Translations under genes and position numbers: made by a program
The notes under the pieces: model-generated
Seen by the model: only the letters and a program-made list of their open reading frames with translations
Told to the model about the DNA's origin: nothing
The model's database searches: none
In this document: in pieces, positions 39,261 through 49,790 of the stretch
Position numbering within the stretch: the first letter of the stretch is position 1
How the letters are laid out: the number at the start of each line of letters is the position of its first letter
Assembly (NCBI RefSeq): GCF_009914755.1
Contig: NC_060927.1
DNA: 64,000 bases
Strand: one strand, 5' to 3'
Source: the human T2T-CHM13v2.0 reference genome, Homo sapiens

Positions 39261-41966
39261 TGTGAGGTTTAAGAGGGGAAAGGCTAGCTCTAGGGGGTGT
39301 CAAAACTCTTTAGAAAAGTAAACTTTCCCCGGTCCACCGTGTGCTCGGAAAATACCACTCTTGAATGACCATAGTGAGACAAATAAATCATGTCTGGACT
39401 TAGCCTCCAGAAGTGGCAAAAAAGGGAGGAGCTGATGGGGTTGTTATGCTAATTCCAATTTGTTGTAATTTTTAGAGTGACTTTTTCTAAATTATGTTCA
39501 TTTCAGCACCAAAACTCCAGATTCAAGTCAGAGCCTTCCGATGCTATTATGAGCATATTACTGATGTCTAGTAAAATAACATCTTGTGATGTTTCTTTTA
39601 TAGGGGCCATAAATCAAAACATTGAAAACAGTTAATTTTTAATGTACCACTATTATCCATCTTTAGTTATAAATTTAATGTCTCCTAAGGCCTCATGGAT
39701 TGTAATGCAACTCAAAACATGCAACGGCTGCTCAAAAACAGAAGGTTCCCCCAGTATCTCATTATTTAAATCCTTAAAGATATGGTTTTAAAAGCCTGAG
39801 GATATCTAAGCAAACTTGTTTAAAGGAGTCATAAAGAAAGATAAGTAGTTTTCCTCTGAAGCATATGAAATTTATTACAGCATACTAAAGTAGGATTATA
39901 TATTGACTAAATTTCTAAAAACATTTATTTTCTGGTGTGCATGGCATTTGGGGAAATTCACGAAGAAATAAAGGGGATAGGGCTTAATACAATCGTCTGC
40001 ATTTGCCTTAAGCAAAGCAAGATTTCCTACGGGTCTTGGAGCCAATTCCATCCTGAGGATAACAACACTGTTCATATCTCAGGGTGTCATGAATCTTGTG
40101 AAAGAGCAATACAAAATCTTCACTATTCAGGAGGAAACACAAGTGCAGCCTAGCGCCCTGATACTCATGATGGCAGAAGTAGCTTCACAGAAGAGCCCCA
40201 AGTAGGATCTACACTTTTCAAGACAACTGCCAAACTCTTAGAACTTTCCTTTACCTACCTCTTCCATGCATGTTTGAGGCAGGCTTCATGTGTTTGCTTT
40301 TTAACGCTATAAAACGCTTTCTTCTCATTTCATATGACTTTAGGTCAATTGCCACTTTTATTAGCTTTTCTCTGTGAGTAAATGTGACATTTCTCTTAAT
40401 ATTTTCCCTACATAGGGAGAGAGTTGCTCCCATAGACATCCAGAACTTCTCTGATTTCCCCACTTCCTCATACTGACAAGCTTTCCTGCAGAATGACTTT
40501 GCATCTGGAAGTGTTAATTCCAGTGCCGTTTTCCCCTTTGCCAAGAAAAGGGAGAAGAGATGAGATACTTCTGTATTAACATGAAGCAGGTTTTACTGGC
40601 AGCAAATGGATCCAGGAGGCATTACATCTTTACTATGTAGAAAGATGTCGTACCTGAAAACCACCATCCTGTGAACTGCCCCCTCAGTACCAAAAAAAGC
40701 AAACTGACCCATTAGTGGGACATGTAACAGGTTCAACTAAGAAGTAAAACACAACAATGAAACGTCACCCACAGGCCAAACGTACCAGCTCTTGGTTAAA
40801 CTTCACCTGAAGCACTACCTGCCATGCTATTTGAAGGCAAGACTCGGGGAAAGACATACATGCTAAGTTATCCCAAAGAATTGTCCCACACCTGTTGAAT
40901 CTCCAGCACTGTGTCATTTCATGCTTGTCCCAGAATAAAGAGCTATAGATTGAATACTTTCTGATCAGAAAAAAATCACCATGGCACACAATCAACCACA
41001 TTCCTTGTTCTGAATAAAACATCATATGCAATGTTATCAAGTTTAATACCATATTCCATGTAACCATGTGTATATTCAACTCCAGGGAGTTTGTGACTTG
41101 GTGTTAAACAGCCTGCAGTATAGAGGAGAGGTGTAATTCCCAGCAGCAAAAGTTGCTAGACTTCAGTATTCCATTCATAACCATGTGGTAATTACATGTG
41201 TCACTATTCAATCGTAATGCAGACAGGACGTAAATAAAGGGTGGATTCTCAATAGCTAAAGATCAGCTTTTAAAATACAAAACCCTCTGATAAATACAAT
41301 GTGTATAATTTCTAATGCAAAGCCTCATAGAAGTATAATTTTTAAAAAGCAACAGATAAAATGTCACTAATAAGACCTGCTAATATGAATGTTTCTATTC
41401 TAATTCATTTAAAGAGTTACAGTTACCCATTCACCATTACTATGCCTTGATCCTTGTGTTTTCTTCAGAACTGCCATAGAAGAGATAGCACAATCCATTA
41501 AACGGCCTTCTTAGAGATGATAGTTTCAGCTCCATGAAGATACATATTTTATTTTCCTTATTCCTTGCCAAACATTTGACACAACCAGAAGGACGTGAGA
41601 GTCACACCACACTGGCATATCTGGTGAAAGCAAGCAGTCGGCTGAAAACCACGACTGGAGAATTGCGACAATTTCTGAGTCCACAATCATGCCTTAAAAA
41701 GTGTGTATAAATCCTAGTAAGGGCACAGTTTACATCTTAAATAACACAGAAACATTTGAATCGTGCTAAACCCAGCCCCAACAAGGCAGAGCAGTAATGT
41801 GGTTGTGGGGTGGGGAGGTGAGGTAGGATGGAGGGGGCTCTTGGGAAGGGTCAGGGCACGCGGACATTCTGCGCTCACAGAACACAGTAGCAAACACAGG
41901 GCACAATTCACAAACATCAGCGAGCACAATCGAGCACGCACACAATACAACACTAGAATGCAATTT

Positions 41967-41972
41967 TTTAAT
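41967..41972 (-). terminator. Candidate intronic polyadenylation signal ATTAAA with a downstream GU-rich element
   Basis: Minus strand reads ATTAAAaaattgcattctagTGTTGTATTGTGTGCGTG...TGTTTGTG, starting 28 nt into the intron. Confidence 0.5.
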
Positions 41973-42000
41973 AAAAATGATATAAAAGATGGTTTCTCAC

Positions 42001-42039
42001 CCCTCAAAACAAAACTGGAACTTTGGTTTACAGGCCCGG
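42001..42039 (-). other. ERC2: 3'UTR part (39 nt) of the ERC2 stop-codon exon, ending at a splice donor
   Basis: After TAG the minus strand reads ccgggcctgtaaaccaaagttccagttttgttttgaggg|GTGAGAaac, giving a total exon of 66 nt. From prior knowledge ERC2 has a distant non-coding terminal exon. Confidence 0.85.
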
Positions 42040-42066
42040 CTATGCCCATATGCCCTCCTCGTCATC
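42040..42066 (-). CDS. ERC2: ERC2 last coding segment DDEEGIWA* (C-terminal IWA ligand of the RIM PDZ domain)
   Basis: Minus strand reads ggccgcag|GAT GAC GAG GAG GGC ATA TGG GCA TAG. It is in frame with the upstream 135-nt exon and gives the known ...SPDQDDEEGIWA terminus. Too short for the ORF track. Confidence 0.97.
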   Translation of the reverse strand, partial: DDEEGIWA

Positions 42067-42140
42067 CTGCGGCCGGCCCGAGGTGGGGAGGTGCACAGAG
42101 AGGAGGGGAGCACCAGAATGAAAGAAGAGAAGGTTAGTTA
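42067..42140 (-). promoter_or_regulatory. 3' splice site with a distal branch point (aaCTAAC, branch A at 42134) and a long polypyrimidine tract
   Basis: Minus strand reads taactaAccttctcttctttcattctggtgctcccctcctctctgtgcacctccccacctcgggccggccgcag. There is no AG between 42152 and 42069. Confidence 0.7.
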
Positions 42141-42265
42141 CACCGAGATGCACTGGAAAGGCACACTAATCTTCACTTTGTTTTTTAATCTTCAAGACTG
42201 AAGAAAAAAATCCATAGTAACTTAAATTCCACATCACCGACTTGTCAAATACATAACCGGGTTTT

Positions 42266-42279
42266 GTATCTATGGCAAC
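42266..42279 (-). promoter_or_regulatory. Candidate RFX X-box
   Basis: GTTGCCATAGATAC: one perfect GTTGCC half-site plus a degenerate half-site. Confidence 0.45.
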
Positions 42280-42514
42280 CCACACACAAAAACATTCCAC
42301 CCACCCAGCTCTGAGTCTGTGTCAAAATCGGATTAGAAGATTAAAATTAGTCTACATTAGCAGATGATTATTTTTTTGGAAAGCATGCAATCTGAATTGC
42401 ATATGCCTAAGGAGTAGATTAAACCTTTTAAGTAAGCAGAGAAGTAATTATAGTAATCAAATACCCTTAATTTCTCTTAAGCTTAAAGTATCAATAAAGG
42501 CTGAAGAATTAAAA

Positions 42515-42547
42515 ACACACACACACACGCACACACACACACACACA
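42515..42547. repeat. (CA)n microsatellite with one interruption; reads (UG)n in ERC2 pre-mRNA
   Basis: Direct reading. Confidence 0.95.
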
Positions 42548-43184
42548 ACTCCATCTACTGGGGTGGAACAAACTTTTTCAGCATGCGATAATTCATATTG
42601 GTTATTCCACAAAGGCTCAAACATGCTGCGATCTTCTTAGTTGACAGATTCTATTTTGCTCTCAGCATGAAAGAGGATGCACTGGCGATGGTATGATTAT
42701 ACAGTTGCATGGAATGATTATACATTTGCAATCAAATAAGTTTCAAAGAAAAGAGAGGTAAACTTTCAATTCAGTAGAATGCTTGTAGAAAGAAAGTTTT
42801 GCTTAACTTAAAATTGTGTTCAATTATGGATAAACTGAAACTTCTTTGGTTGGAATTCTTGTTGAAAAGTGTTTCGAAAATAGCTCTGGTGACTTTCCTC
42901 ACTTAGTGAAGTGGCTAATATAGAGGGAAATGGAATCTTTGAAGACAGAAGTATATCCCCAAAGCAAAGTCCCTTTTTTGAACAATTCTCACAGTTTACT
43001 GCAAGGATTGAAACATACCCTGGTGTCACACATAGTTTGAGAGCTGTGCCTTTTAATAGGTCTCCAGTGAAGTCAGATTTTTCCATAATTTGCTTCTTGT
43101 TTTGAAAATCAGGAATAGAAGAAAAAAAATAACCTGGAACATTTTCTCATTATTTGACTCCTTATTGGTTAAGTTGTTACACTC

Positions 43185-43263
43185 TTAGGTTGAATCCTAT
43201 GAAAATGCCAATATTTGGCCATTTTTACCTAGAAAAATAGCAGTTTCATACAGTTCCACCTAA
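43185..43263. mobile_element. MADE2 mariner MITE (about 80-bp imperfect palindrome)
   Basis: ttaggttgaatcctatgaaaatgcc...agcagtttcatacagttccacctaa terminal inverted repeats. Confidence 0.85.
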
Positions 43264-43329
43264 TCCGGCCAATAGGCCTAGTCATTTTTATCTACTCAAA
43301 GATTTATTTTTCAACTGACTTTCAATACA

Positions 43330-43455
43330 GTTTATTTCCTTTGTATTTCTATGTATTTTATTTTATGCATTGAAAAAAGTATTCTGAGAAGAGATCCAGA
43401 GAGTTCATCATACTGCCAAAGGGATCCACGGCCCACGAAGGTTACAAATCCCTGA
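43330..43455. mobile_element. hAT-Charlie MITE terminal fragment
   Basis: ttatgcattgaaaaaagtattctgagaagagatcc...actgccaaagggatcca...aaggttacaaatccctg. Confidence 0.6.
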
Positions 43456-46400
43456 CTGACTTGAGTCAATGGAATGATTTGCACAGAGTCTGAACTGGAC
43501 AACTCAGTATGAATTTTCACTTGACAGCTTAGGTAGGAATATTCTGGCAAACAATAAAACACATTGATCATTTTAGCTGGGCCTTCTTATGTAAAAATTA
43601 TCTGTGTTTATTTATTATTAAACAGTCTAATAATTGCTCTTGCCAAGAAACTTCCCTTTTCCCTATGTGACTTAGGAAAAATGTATTTTTACATTCATTT
43701 AACTTCCTCTCTGTCCCTGGAGAAAAGAAAATTTGATGCTCCTTTTCATCTTCATGAAGGAGGGAAGTTTACACCATGAGACCCTAGGCCATTCATAAAT
43801 GGGTTTCAAGGGGCCTAGCAACCCCTTGAAATTCAATGAAGAATGTTGTTGAGTATGTGTGCAAATATATGTCTCTGGATGGAGGCCCTAGCTTTCATCA
43901 TATGATTCTTGACCCCCAGAATCGCTGCTGTAGAAAAACTCCAAGCATAGAAGGATGCTATGATTTGCCAAAGTCACAAAGCAAAATAGGAGGCTTTCTC
44001 TAAAATACAGCCTACGGCCACTGCCGACTTCTTCCTAAATAGCTATAAAATAACTTGCAGAGCAGTTTATTTCATTTCACATTTAAAACCCAACATATAT
44101 ACATTCATTTTGTTCCAAATCCATTCCTATCAGGTTTTAATTTTTAAAAGAGAAGAAAGTAAGCAAAAAGAAAAGCCACTGCCACCAAAACCTACTACTA
44201 TTTTCTTAACAGTGGAATGTGGTCTAATGCAAATCACTTTTAGCAAATTAAATATATTAAAAAGTGGTAATTAATTATGATTGAAACAGACAGGAGTTGT
44301 AGTTTGAAAGTACACGCTGCCAATATCACTACTACTGTTCCTCGTCCACCATAGGAATAAAAAGGGGCTCCCAGATGTCGAGGGTTATTAAAAACCAGAT
44401 GTTCAGATCGACATCTTGTATGCTAGTGAATAAAGTAAAGAAATATGACAGTCCAATGTAAACTTTGCTAACATTTAATGTGGCAGAAATGTGGATAAAT
44501 TCCTTTCATGAACTCAGAATATTATGCATTTTTAAAAGTTTTTAGTTTTTTAAAGTTTAAAGTTTTTAAAAGAAAATAGAGAAGTGGTGGCTCTTTCTGG
44601 TCTCTCTAACCTTCAAAGCTTAAACATGAATTGACCCTCATCGCCAAATGATCTGGGTCAGAGTGAGTGTCCGTTTGGGGAATAAAAAACAAAAATGCAG
44701 GAGCTAATCAGTGCGGGAGCTCCAAGTCTTTCCAAACATATGCAGCTGTTTCACTGCTGCGCTGCCTGCATCTCTGTATGCAAATATTAATTTGTTCAGC
44801 AACCTTACTGCACAGAAATGTAAATTTGGGGACCCAAAAATAAGAAACAGACAAGTATCACTTGATCCTTAACTTCATGCTAAGTTGTTGAGAAATACTT
44901 GGCATTTTAAAATGCATCTATCAGGCCTGGGAGAGTCTGTTTCCTTTCCTTGTTTTTCTGTTTCCAAATCTACTTTGCAGTGGCTGTTCTGAATGCTGCT
45001 CGGTGTTTGATCCCTTGTGTGTCCTTTGTGAGTGATTGTTCTGCCACCAGTTGCCAAAATATCTGGATGGGAAGAAAGACTCTAGTCCATCAGTCATCTG
45101 CATGCTTTTGTTCATCTGGGGATGGGAACATCCAAGGTGGACCGAAGCCCAGAGAGCACAGTGACCACAAAACCCAGCAAATTCTGAAGGGGAGGAGGTT
45201 TAACTATCAAATAACCTCAGGACACATCTACAGTTCCAGGGATGACGTGACAGACAAGGGGGTCTTGATGGAAATCCTGTAGTCCCAGATGCTGCGCCCT
45301 AATGGGATTCTGTAAATATTGAGATAAAACAAAATTCCTCACCGATGGGCTGCTCACAGCGGCTATGTTGATGACAAGCTCTAAAGGCAAAGGGACTGAG
45401 TCATCGTTGACAAGACAAGAGACTTGTTGTTGTGGGGGGGCATTTATTAGCTCCAGCAAAGAGGCTCTGAGAAGAAACTCTATAATCTGACATGATAAAT
45501 GAATGGCCCAGTGTAAACCTTTAATTGGTCTCTATTTTGAAGTATTAGGTATAGCCAGCAGGCAAACCTGAGGCCACCACCGGATTTTTTTTTTTTTAAA
45601 ACACCTGAAATTCTCTTTGAGTTGATAGCTGGCTTTTTTTCTTGAAATCAAAGAATTAAGTTCCTAATGGGGATCTTACTGTCACTCCTGTCCTAGAAAG
45701 GAAAGCAAGTAGAACCAGCGAAGTATCACTTTCAAATAGCCTACTGCCTTTGTGGGAACTCAGCCACGGTCTCTGCCTGGAAGGTCCACCTGGCTACCTT
45801 GCTGGAAGGGGTGCAAGGAGATGATCCTGGTTATAACTAGGTCTGGTGTGGGCAGTCTTCAGACTCGCCTCCACCCCTAATTCATTCATGGCTTCTCTAA
45901 AGCTTCTGAAACTTCAAGCCCCAGGACTTTGCAACGTTTGGCTGCACAAGTCATGAAAGCAAGATCACAGTGTGGAATTTATGATGTGCCCTGAGCCTGG
46001 GCTCAACCAAAGCAGATCCTGTTAGCATTTCCAACTGCAGGCTTGGCCAGAGCCGGGAAAAACAGACACATCTGTAAAGGAAAACAATAGGCTTAGGCAT
46101 GAGCCTGCAAATGTGGGGCACCGAGCCTCATCAGGGTACTAGTAGGTTTTCTGCTAAGGTCAAGTCCAAACCTTCCCTCTGGAGACCATTCATTCTGTCT
46201 TTTATTTCTCCTGCTTCCTGGAATGCTTAGTCCATGGATGAATGTCTCTGTTCAGGTGATGGGGTCAGGTATGGCTATAAACTCTTACATGACTTGTATT
46301 TATTATAATCTCTGGGGCCCATTTGCAGGTAAGATCCCCCGCCAAAACAGGAAAGTCCTAGCCAGGTTCAGAAATCTGCTTCCTGCTCTTTTAAAAATAA

Positions 46401-47875
46401 GCGTTAGCTTATTTCTGAGCTGGGATAGAAAAGAGCCAGTATGTATTTGCACCTCCTCCAGGTTAGAAAGAGTGCTGACGGCTTCTGTGTTTCCTCCCTG
46501 AGGCTCACCAAGGCCCAGTGACACAGGTGTCAGGAGGTTCTTTGTGCAGATATGGAAAGGAAGGCTCAGGGAGGGAGGTCAGGTAGCTCACCAAAGGACA
46601 CCTGGCCAGCAGCTGGGGAGCCAGGGTCAAATTCCAGCCTGTCTAACCACAAAAGTACACCCTTCTGACTCCACCATATGAGCCGAGAAGCCACAAAAAG
46701 AAGAGTTCACTTTGACCCCAGAAGACATTTGTTGGTTCTGCTTAGCTCAGCTCTAGAGTACGTTGAACTTGGTCCTGCCTTCTTTCCAAGCTGTTGAAGA
46801 CCATGGTTGGAACTAGAAGCTACAATTTAGTTGGGTCCCTCTGGCTCTTGGAAGAAAGGGGTCTTCATATGCAAGTGGAAGCTATTTACGTGGACATATC
46901 AGCAGCACCCCAACACATTTTAAGATCTCTGAGGGGAAAGGCAGCACCTTCACCTCCTTCATACTGTGCCATGATTCTCAGATGTGGGAACTTAGATATT
47001 TCTAAATGAGTAATTATGGAAGGCTCAGTTCTCACTGTTTTGAATGACTGGATTCCTCTGAAGGAATATGCTTCCTGGATTCCCAGAGTTCCTTACGATT
47101 GCCAAGATTGTGTTGACTTGTGTCTTCTCAGAATGACTCTTCCCCTCTTCTATCGCACGAGCCACATCTCTGGTTTATTCTTCTACACCCCAGTGGTGAA
47201 AGCGAAACTTCATTGGCTGAGGGGGATCACAGTAGGAGATGTCCATATTTTAAAAGACACACTGGGGTGTCTCTCAAGGGAGAGGCAGGTACTGGAGAAT
47301 CTGTGCAGCCTGGATTGGTTCTTCTCAGCAAGTTCACCTCACTAGGACACGCTGAGGCAGGGCAGCCACCTGAGACCACTTTGTCAAGCCATCAAGAACG
47401 TTATAGAAGTTTGGGTGGCCTTTTCCTCCACTTCTAATATAACATCTTTAAGTGCTTCCTCAATTTTTTTTTTGCATCGTCATTATAGGGCAAATTGAAG
47501 AAACTAGTTTTCTATTTCCTTCAAGCAAAATAGCTGTGACAAACTAGTCTTTGGTGCACTGTGCCAGTTCATTCAGCTCAAGGACATCAGATACCCAGCT
47601 GAAGATGAGAATGGTCGAAGCCTCTATGTCGGCCAACAATATTGTTTGGGAGCTTAAAATCAACATCTGCTAAAAGCGGAACCATTGCCAGATAACCATA
47701 AAAAAGGGTGGGAGTGAAGACAGGCTTTATTTTCGCTCCTTCATCGATCAGTCATTAACACTTGGCTTTGTTAAACAAAGTGAAAATTGTGTTTTTAACA
47801 TGACTCTGGTTCTGCCATTTCCTTCATGGTAGGCAATCAAATTTCCTTTTGACTCTTCATTTCCTCAGCTGCTTA

Positions 47876-48088
<213 letters not shown>

Positions 48089-49748
48089 TTAAACCCAAGA
48101 ATGTAAATTAAACCACTTTGTGGATGTTACAGACTTAGACCAATATAACTAGACATATCATCCCTGTTGGTAGCATTAAGAGTTGATTACTAGTAAAACA
48201 AATTATTTGATATTACACTAAAGCTGAAGGCAAAATGGTGTGTCTAAAAAGGATCTGATGGGGTACAAAATGATTCTTAAATATTTTAGAGTCTCTGGGC
48301 TGTTCAAAATTGACATTATTAAGATCATTAATAGATGGATGCCCAAATCCGAATTTTTAAAATGCTATTGGTCTGTAAGGTGGTTTCCTGCAATAACAGA
48401 CTTTGTGAGTGTGTGCAGGGTATGTTTAAAGGATGCTTCCTACTCCCTTTCCTCTGCTGGTCCCTTATCTTTGGAGTGCTGCAAGTGCCTGGAGTGTTGT
48501 AAGTCAAACATGATCCCTATTACATCAGTTATAGAAAAAAAGAGAGGCAATGGTGTTTAGCAATATAAAATGGATTTCCCTGCTTCCCGACATTTCAAGG
48601 TTGGCCACCCCCTCTCAGTGGGGGAGCTAAAGTGCTGCCTCTTAGACAAATGCGACTGGATTAAAGCAGCAAGTTGAAAAGAAATCAACCCTCCAATGTT
48701 GCCAAGATGCGTTGCATCTGTAAGCTGGAGAGTGCAGGCTATGTCTGAAAAACCCCTGTTGACTCAAAGGATACTGCAACAAATCTCTTAATGTAACCCT
48801 AATACTGCAAACAAGGTGTAAAACCTAGACAAATCAGTAAAAGAAAAAAAAAACACTCTACCCCAAATAGCATAAGACTGAATGAAATCTTCAGTAGGCT
48901 CAAACCTCCTTTAAGGAAAAATCCTTTTCTAACAGGAGGATCCTGATGCATTAAGCAGCTCTGCATTTTTCCCATACTCAGTGAAGACCCTACCTGGCAG
49001 GGCTTATTAATCATGCCCTCATGTGCTCACATGCAGGGAATTAGCATCGCACCCAGATTAAAGGGCTTTGACAATAACCTGCTCATCTGCAAAGCCAGCT
49101 TCCCAACTGCTGCGTAACTCCGCCTCCCTCCCTCTCCTGTAGCTCTTAATGGTTGGGTGAGCATGTAACTGCTGGTAGAGGAAGGAGGCAGTTAAATACC
49201 TCCCACAACAACAGTTCAGACATTTGTCCCCATTTCCTTCTTTACCTGTGGCCTCACAGAGAGCCACTGCAGGGTTACTCTACAGCTTCTGCTCTTAAAA
49301 ACAAGCAAACAAATAAACTGCCCCTTTTATTTCCCAAGGGTGGGAAATCACATATGCCGTCTGGCTCACTTTCTAGTAGTTTTGGGGATTTTTAGTAGTC
49401 TCTGAGGGATAAAGAAAAAAGAGACATCTGCGATATCTTTCTATTTCTTAACCTGCTAAACACAGTATCCTCCAATCTACTTGTGAGAAAAGAAGTATTG
49501 GGAAAGAGGCAAGTGGCTCTCAAGAGCTATTTCAAAATGCATGCCAGGATATCCTTGGCTACAGTTCTGAAAGGACTGGCCCAGGAGTGGCAACGGTCAA
49601 AACTTCTGAACCCTTCTCCCATGCAATACACATCAGCACCAATAAGAGGTTTCTTCATGGGTTGTTGAATCTGAAGGCTTCATCCCCACGTGAAACAAAA
49701 CTCAAGGCTCCTTCCAAGAAGTGGGCCATGACATTAGATTTGCAATGC

Positions 49749-49788
<40 letters not shown>

Positions 49789-49790
49789 TA
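49749..49790. repeat. A18(TA)12 compound microsatellite
   Basis: Direct reading. Confidence 0.95.

Noticed and set aside
38662-39303. 213-aa ORF
   Set aside because: Non-ATG start, overlaps MER45A, and has no recognisable protein features.
42021-42027. miR-9 7mer-m8 site (ACCAAAG) in the 39-nt UTR segment
   Set aside because: It starts only about 12 nt after the stop, within the ribosome shadow where sites are generally ineffective.
44373-44416. 9-bp stem AGATGTCGA/TCGACATCT
   Set aside because: Short stem with a long loop, plausible by chance in 64 kb.
45217-45459. ORF containing HQDPLV, vaguely like the ERC1 long C-terminal exon (HDRDPLI)
   Set aside because: Only a few residues match, there is no convincing acceptor, and the rest is unrelated.
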